DNA of 64,000 nucleotides from Macrostomum lignano (GCA_002269645.1 NIVC01001521.1:1-64000); one strand, 5' to 3'. Shown: positions 1 through 12,000, counted from the stretch's first letter. Notes: a model not told the origin generated them from the sequence alone. Program-made: numbers and translations.

Positions 1-340
1 AAAATCCCCAGCTTAAATAGAATCCCGAAGTCGGTCACGCGACTCTCTCTAAGATCATTGCAATGACTCCCTCTCTGATTGGCCTCTGATCTTCTGACGT
101 CACTGGCCTTTTCTAAAAGTACAATTGTCACCTGGGGCACGCGGTGAAAGAGACGAAATATGAGGATTTACGAGCCGTATATTAGATTGGCGCATTCAAA
201 TTGCTAGTAACACAAATCGGGGAGTCTAATAGACAGTGTCAGTGGACAACAAATTAAAGCAAAAGCGAGAAAACTAGGGGCAATCATTGATAACAATAGA
301 GGGACAACAAAAGAAAAATCTGTTGCGCAACAAAGATAAA
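1..340 (-). repeat. Dispersed repeat, diverged inverted copy of ~16040-16330
   Basis: Reverse complement of 1-340 aligns by eye with 16040-16330 (e.g. GTGACGTC(A/T)GAAGA(T/C)CAGAGGCCAATCAGAGAG; GACTCCC.GATTTG...ACTAGC.AT.TGAATGCG.CAAT; AAGCTGGGGATTT). It runs off the window start. Confidence 0.7.
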
Positions 341-997
341 GATCGGATCAGACCAGATCCGCCAGCGTCTAAAACCCCCAGCCCGAGCACAGGAGCCACG
401 TGGAACAAAAGGATGGGCCGAGCTTCTGCGCTCTGATTAAGCTTACAGAAGTACTTTTAACTCCACTTCGTATTAAAGCGTAATCAAAACGTATTAAAGC
501 GCATGCAGATATTGGGTTTACAGCTTGTCAAGAGCTGTCAATAGCAATGATAAAGCTTTGTCCTTTATTAAAAATCTAAGGCATTGATAATGATATGTAA
601 ATAAATAGTTATTCAAATGAAAATCTTCCACTACAAAAATGTTACTGCTTCAAAACACAACGCGACTGAAATACGAGACTTCTCATGACCAAAAACACCA
701 TCAGCCCTAGTGATTTATACCAATAGCTCTCTCAAGAGACATGCTTAATCTTCTAAATAAAGGAGGGTGAAATTAGACAGAGCTTAAAAAAGAAAGTTAG
801 AAACAAAGATCTGTTATGCTATCTCCCTATCCGTAATTAAAAGCGTTAAAAATACATTTTCGATAGTGGGTAAAATAGCCGCATAAAGAAGCACAGATAA
901 CAGTTCAGACAATCGTAAAGAACTTAAAAGCTCAAATAAAATATTGTTGCAACAAATTATTAATTTTTCAACTTCTCACAACAACCAAGCCAAAGCT

Positions 998-2010
998 TCA
1001 GGGCTGCTGAAGCAGCTGTCGCACCGCCTGCTCAGTCACAGCCGAGTTGGCCACAGCGACGGCGCGAATGACGCCATTCAATATGAACTGGCCTGGAGAC
1101 CGCCAGCCGATCTTGATGCAGGCGCCAGTATCGTTATAATTAAATTTGGAACCGTTGCCAGAGACCAGCGGCTCGGTCAAGAACGCGGATCCAAGCAGAA
1201 ATCGGCGTTCACCCGACGGCTTATCGGTTGTCAAGCCAGTGATGAAGAAGCGCTCAGGGTCAGCGGGCAGCACAGAGCCGCTTAGGAGCCAGTTTTGGCT
1301 GCCAGTATAGAAAAACAGACATTGCATATAGCTTGTAATGAAGCTGAGTTCCCAAAAGAGGCTTAAGAATGAGCTTCCTAGTGATTCGCAATTGTCCAGC
1401 TCAATGTAGCACTGAACCTTAGGAGTCCTCTTCAGGTGCAGCACCCAGGTGTAGGACGCCGTGAAGTCCAGACCTGTGGGGTCGTCCACCCACAGCCGAG
1501 ACGAGACTCCGTCCATGCGAGCGCCCTCACTCGTCCAGGTCACATTGAGCGACTTCATGGGTTCCTCTGTCCCTCGGAGCCGCACACCAGGTTCTCCAGC
1601 GCCGGTCCCCTGTCTCCGACCCACACAGCGCTGAAGTGCTCGTTCGCAGCGATCGCGTCGTACTCCGAGTCCACCACGGTCTCGCAGGTGCTCTCAGCGG
1701 CTACTCCCTCAGTCTGTGTAGACGAGCTGGTCATGTTGAGCAGGCGGCACACCTCACCGAAGCGGAACAACGCGCACGAGGCGTCTCGCTTGCTCCGCTG
1801 CACCACGCCGACGCTGCCGAGACGGAACGACCGACTCGACACGAAGCAGTCGAGCAGGGAGGCGGAGGGTCGCGGCTGCCGCCACACCGAGAGCGACAAG
1901 TTCACGCAGTCATTGTTGGCTACTTTGTGCTGTGCAATTTTGTCTCCGTTCAAACAGTCAGAGACCGAGAGCAGGGCGCACAGAACAGCGAGATGTAGGA
2001 GGCTGGACAT
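998..2010 (-). pseudogene. Secreted LamG/pentraxin-fold family, copy A (single -1 frameshift at ~1560)
   Basis: ORF 1555-2010 (signal peptide MSSLLHLAVLCALLSVSDC) and ORF 998-1624 join into a 337-aa homolog of 12216-13217 if one C is restored: AACCCATGA here versus AACCCC(A/G)TG in copies D and E. Could be a true pseudogene or a homopolymer sequencing error. Confidence 0.9.
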
Positions 2011-2314
2011 TTTGTGACGTACATGTATTGTAAGCTTCTGTCAGTCAGTAGAAGAGGAGTCTGCCAGTATGGAGAGCCTCGGCATCAGATCGCATCAAAG
2101 TTTTTAACTTTCTGCTGATCAGTGGAGGTGTTCTGATTGGTTTTGGTTTCCCATTGGCTCTTGCAGCATGTCGCTAACTTTGACGGCTTGTTTACCTTGA
2201 CGCTACAATTTCTTTTGAGTTGCCCTAACTTTGAAGCAACGATCACTTGAGTTCATAAAATCAGCAAGAGGGATATGTTAAACACAATGCAGACCTTTTT
2301 CTTGTTCATTTGAG

Positions 2315-2525
2315 GACAGCCCCACAGGTCTGGAACTTACGGCGTCTTGCACCTGGGTCCTGCACCTGAAGAGAACTCCCAGAGCTCAGCGCTTCATTGG
2401 GCTGGACCATTGCGGATCATTAGGAGGCGTCCAGCTTATTCTGAAGCCACTTTTGTGAATTAAGTTTATTAACAGGAGAGACGCGGTGTCTGTTTCCAGT
2501 ATAACTTTATATTGAATTCCAGAAT
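2315..2525 (+). pseudogene. Relic fragment of the LamG family, copy B
   Basis: Translates DSPTGLELTASCTWVLHLKRTPRAQRFIGLDHCGSLGG, then after a frameshift SHFCELSLLTGETRCLF. These match DDPTGLDFTASYTWVLHLKRTP...C..LG and HFWELS in the intact copies. Confidence 0.8.
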
Positions 2526-4216
2526 CAACTATCCGGGGACATTGCCTTATTAGCTTTAGAGTCACTGATGGAAAAAGCCTACGCGTAAAGTGGCCCAAGC
2601 TCGAAAAGAACTATTTTCAGTTTGTCTTGAATCCATATACTAAACATGGTTTGTCGGTAGGTAGGTAGGTAGGTAGGTAGCTAGGTATCCATGCTGGGTG
2701 GCTTCAGTTTGCTCTGCAAAACTCGACAAATTCTGCATGGCTGTAAGTTTTGCTGTAAATTGCTGTAGCGTCCTAGAGCTTCTGCTGTCACTGCAGCGGA
2801 TTCCTCCTCATCTTAAAACAAGTTTACCGAGCGCATTGTCGCGAGGTCAACAGCCCATCGCTCACGGTTCATCTAAAGGTAAGCAAACAGCGTTGCTGTT
2901 TATCAGATTGACGTGCTGAAAACCGAGCCCTCTCAAAGTATTTTGCTTCTGAAGTGTTGGGTTCGGTTCGAAAACATTGAGGATAAAGGGGAGGCCTGTC
3001 AATCCAGGCAGCAGGAATCTTGAGAGAAGAATCTCGTTGTCAACACTTGACAGGGCACCTGTGCTAGAATAGCTTCTCTCTTGACTTGGTGAAGATGTTC
3101 AGGCTCATGTAGTTTTCATCGTTTACACGCAGCAGATTGATAGACACGTTTCAGAGCGCATTGTTGAAAATTGTCAAGGCTAAAGATTTTGTACGCCTGC
3201 CCTGAAGGGCTGGCTTGTATCAGTCCCGAAGTCAAGCCGTACGCAGCTTTCAGATGCGTCGCGCAACAGCGGCGGCTGAGCTGTCGGTTGCAACAGCCTC
3301 CATTAGGGCAGGTGCAACCAGTTAATATTATTTTATTAGAGGCAAAGCAAAGTCAAACTCTGCGATCATATTGGTATCAAAAGGAGAGTTGAGAAAATCA
3401 TACCGCATGCCTGTTTGAATTGTGGTACAGGCTAACAGCAATCGATGATATACATCGCTCCAAGGATAGACTGACCTGAGTTGGGTGTCGTATCTCTGAT
3501 ATGGTTGCTGACAAAGGCTACGTAAAGAGTAGGAGATCGCTACTCACAAATACTAGCGATATAAATAATAGGTTTAGCGACAATAATAAAAAATGTTTTT
3601 ATGTTAATAGACTCAACTATCAATGCTCAGCTGACTGACAAAACAAAATTATCGTACCAATTTTATTTCGGGGGGGGGGGCGTGATTCCAAGTGCAGTCA
3701 AATTAACTTTGGCTTAATTGCCTCTGCTCGTGATATTAATGGCTTTGAGGGCCAACTCCAAAGCACAGTGAAGTGCACATGTCTGACGATAAATAAAGTT
3801 AGAGCCGCTGTACACTCCTGTGTGAGTGTGTGCCTCTGCTCGTAGTAATGCCTCTCGCCGGCTGTGCGACGATGCGCACACAGCCTCCTGTCTCTACTAA
3901 TAAAAAACAATACTACCGTTTTCCTTACACTCTACTTCCAGTAAACACAATGGAATATTGCAAAATGAAATTATCAATAAAAATTCGCTCTTGAAGTGCT
4001 CATCAAATTGAAAAAAATACAATCACGTAATCAAAATTGAAGTTTTTAAAGAATTAGGAAACAAAAGCAGACAATGTTCTCAAAGTCTCTCATTGAGCTA
4101 CAAAACAAATTCAACAGTCACCGAAACTATCTTTTTCTTTTCCTTAAAGCAAGCAGCATTTTTATAGAAATTTCGACATTACACGGTTTACTGAGGAAAC
4201 TGGGTTGAAGTCAGTA

Positions 4217-4727
4217 TACAAACTTTCTCCGTGTGCGGACAAAATATCTTCGTGTGCGGACAAAATATCTCCATGTGTGGACAAAATATCTCCGTGTGCG
4301 GACAAAACTTCTCCGTGTGCGGACAAAATATCTCCGTGTGCGGACAAAATATCCCCGTGTGCGGACAAAATATCTCCGTGTGCGGACAAAATATCTCCGT
4401 GTGCGGACAAAATATCTCCGTGTGTGGACAAAATATCTCCGTGTGCGGACAAAACTTCTCCGTGTGCGGACAAAATATCTCCGTGTGCGAACAAAATATC
4501 TCCGTGTGCGGACAAAATATCTCCGTGTGCGGACAAAATATCTCCGTGTGCGAACAAAATATCTCCGTGTGCGGACAAAACTTCTCCGTGTGCGGACAAA
4601 ATATCTCCGTGTGCGGACAAAATATCTCCGTGTGCGGACAAAATATCTCCGTGTGTGGACAAAATATCTCCGTGTGCGGACAAAACTTCTCCGTGTGCGG
4701 ACAAAATATCTCCGTGTGCGGACAAAC
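4217..4727. repeat. 21-bp minisatellite (GGACAAAATATCTCCGTGTGC), ~24 copies
   Basis: Direct tandem repetition; it explains the six stacked ORFs at 4162-4818. Confidence 0.97.
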
Positions 4728-5033
4728 TTGTGACGCAAGTGTTTATATTTGAGTCCCTGACATTAATCTCGCATAGAAGATTGACAGCATGCTGGTGAAC
4801 TATCGAATTAACGGACAAAGACTGTTACCAATTAGTTTTATGATAAAAAATTATAGCCTGACGAAATTGTGGAAATAATCGCAAGATTTGCTACAAGTCT
4901 AAGAGCGAATCAGAGTCGAGCCAATTTCACCTTTAAAAACGATTCCCAAAACGAAAACCGCACCCGTTCCTCACCGTACTACCCAATAGTCCTTAGTTAC
5001 TGAATAGTTACTGAAATAATCCTTCAAACCGCC

Positions 5034-8000
5034 ATGCTAAACATGAAGGCAGCCCTGGCGGCGGTTCTGGCAGCTCTGACCGTCTTCTGCACCAGCTGCG
5101 AATGCCAAAAGCCCGTCGAACTTTTCACCCGGAATTTTTTCCGGAATTTTGTGATCCGGGCCCGATTTTTAATTGATTTCCGGGTGAACGCCCGGATCAG
5201 CTTTTTTGGCCCGGAACAGCCCCTTTTTCCGGAAAAAGATCCGGTAAAATTTCGGGAAAAGGAAAGCTGTTCCGGTTGGATTTTCCGGAATTTTTCACCC
5301 GGAACACTATGGAATTCTGGGTGTACACCCGAATTTCAGCAGTGTTCCAGGTGAAAATGTTCCGGGTGAGATTTCGGGACTTCAGTCGGAATTCTCCAGT
5401 GATCCGGACCAAATGATCCAGAAAATTCACCCGGATCAGCTCCCTTGACCCGAATTTCAGCCAAATTCCGGGCGAAGCTGATCCGGGAAAATTTCGGGAC
5501 TTGAGTCGGAATCAATCCGGCATCCATTATACAAGTACCATGGGGATTTTGAGAGGAAGCCTCCGATGGAAAACCGCTGAATACAGACCCCAGCAAATGG
5601 CTATCCCATCAGGCAATCCCTGACATCCATTCGGTCAACGGCGCTAATTCCTCTTGGAAAGCGAGGGGTAATAAAGCCTCGAAATTGCAATGTGAATTGA
5701 TCTGCTTTTCGGCGGCTCTGTAGCGTCCGTAATGTGCGGCTGTGCCCATCCTCCGTACGGGTAACAATTGAAAAATTGTTGCGCCCTGATTGTGTGCGAG
5801 AGGTTTGACTTCCACTGGCATGTAGTCTATCACAGCTGCTTAGTGTGTCAACGGTCTGAATGATTCTATCGTCATATTTGACGCTTAGAAGCATAAAATC
5901 AGACAACCATATTGTTTGGCACAGCTGGGTGTCTAGACGGAGACTGTGGCATGGTTCCATATAGCTCTAACTGGCCCAGTATGCAAAGCAGCTTTCCTAT
6001 TAGGATAGACGCTAATCCGATTTTTGTCGGTACATGCTTCCAGCGGTTTGTCTAAGGCGTTTGCAGTTGCACCAGCCGTGAGCAGATCACGTCTAGGTAG
6101 TCTATACGGACTACTATGGTCGGTAACCATATCGTGTGGCTCAAGGCAGCTGATAAGCTGACCTGCGATGGATAATCAATCCTCGCTTCTGTTGTGGCTC
6201 AAGGCAGCTGATAAGCTGACCTGCGATGGATAATCAATCCTCGCTTCTGTTGTGGCTCAAGGCAGCTGCTAAGCTGACCTGCGAGGGGTAATAAAGCCTC
6301 GCTTTGATGAGACAACTTATCTGCTTTACGGCGGCACTGTAGCGTCCGTAATGTGAGGCTGAGCCCATCCTCCGTACAATTGAAGGTGACAATTGAAAAA
6401 TTGTTGCGTGCAAGAGGTTTGACTTCCACTGGCATGTAGTCTATCACAGCTGCTTAGTGTGTCAACGGGCTGAATGATTCTATCGATCGTCATATTTGAC
6501 GCTTTTAGAAGCATAAAATCAGCCAACCATATTGTTTGGCACAGCTGGGTGTCTAGACGGAGACTGTGGCATAGTTCCAAATAGCTCTAACTGGCCCAGT
6601 ATGCAAAGCAGCTTTCCTATTAAGACAGACGCTAATCCGATTTTTGTCGGTGCATGCTCCATTGGTTTGTCTAAGGCGTTTGCAGCTGCACCAGCCGTGA
6701 GCAGATCACGTTGTCACGGCTGCTAACAAGAGTACCGGATCCCGGTATTCCGCCACTCTCTGGAAGGGGCCTTTGGATAGAAAGGCCCAAGCGATTGAAG
6801 CGACTGCTTTGGCGCGTGTGCCGTCGCAGCAACCGCAGCCGTCACGATGCCCGTCATGCACCACAATGATGGATCAGATTCGGGCCCAAGGCGAAGCCGA
6901 GGACGAACTGTGTAAGTTTTTTATGCATATACTAGAAGACGTTAGCAGCCTCGTATATATATAAGTGTTGTCGATTCTTAAGTTTGAATCTGCTTCGCCA
7001 CTCTCCTCATTTTTATGTACTTAATAGGCCATCAATTGAGCGGAGTTCGTGAAAAGCTGTCGGAGGCTCAAGCCGAAAATCGTCAGATGAAAGCTGAAGT
7101 TCTTCGATTGGAAGCTATCTCCGCTACGAGCTCGTCGGAATCCGACACGACCGTGGCGAGAAGCCAGGCAGTGCTCTTTCAATCTCGGCCAGCCGCAGAG
7201 CGGCAAAAGAAGGCGGACCAGGTGAAGGCGCGACGAATCGCCAGTGCTGCCGAAAATGAGGGGCCGACTTCTGGAAACATATATTTCCAGACGGCGAGCT
7301 ACTCGAGGAGTGAAATGCGGGCGATGTCCAAGATCGAGTGCATAACACCACCACCGCATTTATTTGCAATTAATTTCTAGCTTTTTGTTAAGGCCAAATT
7401 TGCTGGATTCGATTTCATTAGAAACGCTCTTCGAGACATTGGCTGTCTACATTTATGAGCCCTGATAGGTCCTGGAAAATGAGACAAAAGTCGTTCCTTA
7501 ATTTTTGCGGAAATCTTTACAATTCTTAAGCAAGTGAATAGACAAGTCAGCTGACTTGAGTTAACTAGCTAATTAGCTGTATAGTGAGTGACCCACCTGA
7601 CAGATGCAATCAGAGGTAGGCGATGGGGATCCCTGAAGAGCAGCCAATGTCGCGATAAGGTATATAAAACCGTATACGGCTTCAAAAAAGTTAATGGTAG
7701 CATCGAAGTCCAGCTGCCCATCCGAGTGACATTCAGAAGGTCAGCATTTTTTGTTTCTGAAAGTACGTAGAAGTGCATAGAAATATACGATTTGCAGTTG
7801 TGCACAACTGAATTCAGTATTTCTGTTCGTGGACGGCTAAATCGAATTCGATTCTATTCGTAGTCGTGGAAAATGTATGGAACAATGACCCGTTCTTTAT
7901 TTAATTTTCTGCTACTGTGATAAGCCCAAGATTTGGCTGAAAAACCGGTTCAATCATCCAGAATTCACCTGGATTCGTGTGCTAATCCGGTTCACTCTCC

Positions 8001-8818
8001 CGGAATTCGCCCGGATTTGTGTGCTGATCCGGTTCACTCGCCCGGATTTGTGTGCTGATCCGGTTCACTCTCCCGGAATTGTGTGCTAATCCGGTTCACT
8101 CTCCCGGAATTCGCCCGGATTTGTGTGCTGATCCGGTTCACTCTCCCGGATTTGTGTGCTAATCCGGTTCACTCTCCCGGAATTCGCCCGGATTTGTGTG
8201 CTGATCCGGTTCACTCTCCCGGATTTGTGTGCTAATCCGGTTCACTCGCCCGGAATTAGCCCGGATTCGGCTGCAGATCCGGTTCACTCGCCCGGAATTC
8301 GCCCGGAACTGTCACCGGAATTTTTCTTTTTGATCCGGAAAATTCGCCCGGATTCTGTAAACTTTCGTTACAGATCCGGAATTTCCACCCGGATCGGATT
8401 GCATTACTGGAATATGAAAAAATTCCGGGTGAACGCAAAAAATTCCGGGCGAAATTCCGGGTGAAAAGTTCGACGGGAGTTCTCCAGCATTACTAAATAT
8501 AAAGAAGTCAATCAGGGGTGTCTGAACTTGTCGCTGTCGGTGTGGCAACTGCCGCGACCCTCCGCCTTCCTGCTCAACTGCTTCGTGTCGAGTCGGTCGT
8601 TCCGTCTCGGCAGCGTCGGCGTTGTGCAACGGAATAAGCGAGACGCCTCGTGCGCGCTGTTCCGCTTCGGTGAGGTGTGCCACCTGCTCAACTTGACCTC
8701 GATGACACCGACTGCCGGAGTGGCCGCTGAGAGCACCTGCGAGACCGTGGTGGACTCGGAGTACGACGCGATCGCTGCGAACGAGCACTTCAGCGCTGTG
8801 TGGGTCGGAGACAGGGGA
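5034..8818 (+). pseudogene. LamG family copy C: 5' part 5034-5111 and 3' part 8480-8818, split by a DNA transposon and truncated by a LINE fragment
   Basis: Removing 5112-8477 plus one AG gives MLNMKAALAAVLAALTVFCTSCECQK-FSSITKYKEVNQGCLNLSLSVWQLPRPS..., colinear without gaps with copy D (QKSPQITKLKMSKRKCLNLSLAVWQ). Homology stops at ...WVGDRG (8818). Confidence 0.88.
5112..8477. mobile_element. 3.37-kb TIR DNA transposon, CACTA/EnSpm (CMC)-like, degenerate or non-autonomous
   Basis: Termini CCCGTCGAACTTTTCACCCGGAATTT / AAATTCCGGGTGAAAAGTTCGACGGG; 2-bp TSD (AG); dense CCGGAA/TTCCGG subterminal repeats at 5112-5530 and 7960-8477. The superfamily call is an inference from the termini, TSD length and subterminal repeats. 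Confidence 0.8.
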
Positions 8819-10150
8819 GCATCGTTTGTCGTCCCGATGCGCTTCTTGTAGTAGACCGACGCCGGGCAGTGGCCAGCAGTGGCGCGGACCTGCGAGACTA
8901 GGACTTTCTGGTTTCTGGTGCCATCATGGAAGGTGATGCGCCCCGAGTAAACTGCTTCCAGGTGGCCCTCAAGGACGGGCTGGTACCCGACGGACCTGCG
9001 CAGTAGGTTCTTGGACGCAGCAAGCGCAAGGGGGATGTGCTGTTGAGGCAGGCGCGCGGCCCGCTTGGCCTCCAGGTCGACCAGCTCATTTCCGCTAACG
9101 CCCACGTGCCCAGGGATCCACTGGATGGTAATGGCTGTGACCCGAATAGCACGTCGGATGAGATTCTTGAGTGTTCTAGGAGGCTGTTCGTAGTGGTGCA
9201 GTCGGCTTGGATGGCTCGGATGGCGGCCTGGCTGTCAGTCAGGATTGTGGCTTTCGGCGGTTCTTCCGTTAATATGTCGCCCAGGGCCAGTCAAAGGGTC
9301 CGGAGCTCAGCTACAAAGGAGCTGCACCATCTGCAGGCCGCAGCACGCCCCGAACGAATGATCAGGTCATGGCGGCTGCAGTACAGTATCCAGGCCGCCC
9401 CGCCAAGCTGAGTACCGCTGGTGGCTGATCCATCGTTGTAGTAGCAGGTGTCCGGAAGGCACTTCCTGCGGATCTCCTCGATGAGGTCACGCCTGGCCTG
9501 GATGTCTTCGGACTTGCTGCAGTGGCGGAGGAGCTCGGGAAGAGGCGGAGTCGCTTCAAGCCATTAAGCGCCTCCCCTGGGGCGCACGAATCCAGGAGTT
9601 CGGCAGCCTCTCGAACGGGAGGAGGTTGGCCAGAATTTTGCTGGCTTGCTCACGGAGTCCCCGGTTAGCTTTGAGGCGGACATCGGTTTCGCGCTCGCAA
9701 ATCTGGCGCCAGGGGTCGCTAACCGTCTTCTTTTGGACTTTTCAACGGCGGTGAGGGCTCTCTGTTTGGCCTCGGCGCTAATAGGATCGCAATTTGCCTC
9801 CTTATAGACAGCCGCACAGGAGTTTAACTTTGGCAGGCCGGTAACAAGTCTTAGGGCTTCTCGCTGTGCTCGCTCCAGCTCCTCCAAACGGCGTTTTGGG
9901 CAGCCAAGGCATCCAAGCCGTGGCTGCATGCCAAGCGACGGACTCGACGACTGCCTTGTAGACAGTACGGAGGGTGCTGCAGTCCCAGCCCCACTCTCTG
10001 GGGGCCAGGGCGCGGAGGATGCTGCATCGGCGGTGCATCTTCGAAACAACTTCGGCCGCCTGACGCTTGAAGGTAAGGCCATCGTCTATCCAGACGCCAA
10101 TGTAGCGGACTTCTCTCTTGGTGGGGAGACGAGTGCCTTCCCACTGGTGT
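8819..10150 (-). mobile_element. Non-LTR retrotransposon fragment (end of RT, then RNase H; I/Ingi/Nimb-type architecture), frameshifted
   Basis: Minus-strand translations: EVRYIGVWIDDGLTFKRQAAEVVSKMHRRCSILRALAPREWG...LRTVYKAVV (RT thumb region); YYNDGS...AEL...ILTDSQAA...WIPGHVGVSGNELVDLEAKRAA (RNase H); then RATAGHC...KRIG. Truncated at both ends. Confidence 0.88.
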
Positions 10151-11018
10151 TGTTGCTCGTGTTGTTGTTATTGACAAGTTGGCGTTAAGCGTGGACTAGT
10201 TAGATGGAAAATCCCGGCTTCGGATCAGTACCACGGCGCCATTAAGGGCCTGAATTTGGGGCTTTATAGGGCACAAAATGTCGCGAGTGACTAAGCGGTT
10301 TCTTGCTTGCAGTCAGCTTTTTGCTAAAACTTTTGGCGTATCCGCGTACCCATGCATTACCCAGACCTACATGGTTTTTGAAAACGTTGCTGTTATGGCC
10401 ACGGTTTGCCGGAGTCCCAGTTCTGATTAAGCGATCTGCAACGGAGATCTGCAACGAGGTTATTTTTTTATAAATACAAGGTTATATAATAAAAATTATC
10501 CCGGCTAGTGCTAAACCTATGCAGGTGTTTATTAATCATTTTCAACGCACTCTAGCTTCCCATTAGAGCTGAGTTTTCTCTGAAAATGCTTTAGGTAAAA
10601 TTTATTTTCGAAAAAACGTCGAAGTCTTTACGTTTGAAGCTGCTGGGCTCAAATTTGGTTTCACAGCGGATGTTTGATGAGGGTTAGAAGCCAAGGAGGC
10701 TTCACAGCATCTTGCTTGTGAGCCCAACTCATGCATGCCTCTGCTCCTGCATTCCTGCAAGCGAGTGGCTTCCGTGAGAGTTTCGCAAGCTGTTGCATCT
10801 CTGTAGGTTTTTCCAGAGAACTGTCTTGGCAAGAATACAATTGACGCTTGAATAAATAAATTATTGCTGTGCTCCGTTGTGACTGATAACGCGTGTCTGA
10901 TGCCGGGAAACAGTCGGTGGTCGCTGGCGCGTCACCAACTCTCGGGCAATTTCTTTAATCTTCTTCTTAAAATTCGTGGCTGTTGGCTGCTCTGCTCTCC
11001 ACTCTATGGTGAGTTTCT

Positions 11019-12000
11019 GCAACACACACTCCAGCTCTCATGTTCCTTGCAACACACACTGCAGCTCTCCTGTCCCTTGCAACACACACTGCAGCTCTCC
11101 TGTCCCTTGCAACACACACTGCAGCTCTCCTGTCCCTTGCAACACACACTGCAGCTCTCCTGTCCCTTGCAACACACACTGCAGCTCTCCTGTCCCTTGC
11201 AACACACACTGCAGCTCTCCTGTCCTTTGCAACACATACTGCAGCTCTCCTGTCCCTTGCAACACATACTGCAGCTCTCCTGTCCTTTGCAACACATACT
11301 GCAGCTCTCCTGTCCTTTGCAACACATACTGCAGCTCTCCTGTCCTTTGCAACACACACTGCAGCTCTCTTGTCCCTTGCAACACACACTGCAGCTCTCC
11401 TGTCCCTTGCAACACACACTGCAGCTCTCCTGTCCTTTGCAACACATACTGCAGCTCTCCTGTCCTTTGCAACACACACTGCAGCTCTCCTGTCCCTTGC
11501 AACACACACTGCAGCTCTCCTGTCCCTTGCAACACACACTGCAGCTCTCCTGTCCTTTGCAACACACACTGCAGCTCTCCTGTCCCTTGCAACACACACT
11601 GCAGCTCTCTTGTCCCTTGCAACACACACTGCAGCTCTCCTGTCCCTTGCAACACACACTGCAGCTCTCTTGTCCCTTGCAACACACACTGCAGCTCTCT
11701 TGTCCCTTGCAACACACACTGCAGCTCTCCTGTCCTTTGCAACACACTGCAGCTCTCCTGTCCCTTGCAACACACACTCCAGCTCTCCTGTCCCTTGCAA
11801 CACACACTCCAGCTCTCTTGTCCCTTGCAACACATACTCCAGCTCTCCTGTCCCTTGCAACACACACTCCAGCTCTCCTGTCCCTTGCAACACATACTCC
11901 AGCTCTCCTGTCCCTTGCAACACACACTCCAGCTCTCCTGTCCCTTGCAACACACACTCCAGCTCCTCTGCCCATTGCAACACACACTCCAGCTCCCCTG
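11019..12000. repeat. 30-bp minisatellite (GCAACACACACTGCAGCTCTCCTGTCCCTT), ~33 copies
   Basis: Direct tandem repetition. One 28-bp unit near 11745, after which units carry CTCCAG instead of CTGCAG. Confidence 0.97.

Noticed and set aside
1436-2017. Antisense and alternate-frame ORFs over the lectin-fold, GT32, kindlin and ENaC genes
   Set aside because: They are shadow ORFs expected from GC-rich codon usage. Their recurrence across copies reflects the DNA identity already described.
2900-3450. Cys-rich coding-like relic on the minus strand (CTCPNGGCC…)
   Set aside because: It is interrupted by stops and I recognise no family; support is insufficient.
4162-4818. Six overlapping repetitive ORFs
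   Set aside because: They are by-products of a stop-free 21-bp tandem repeat open in all frames.
5034-5354. Standalone 106-aa secreted peptide
   Set aside because: Only the first 26 codons are genic (signal peptide of copy C); the rest is transposon terminal repeat.
8512-9105. 197-aa ORF as a real fusion protein
   Set aside because: It is RNase H/C-terminal LINE sequence running into the antisense strand of lectin copy C across a breakpoint; nothing indicates function.
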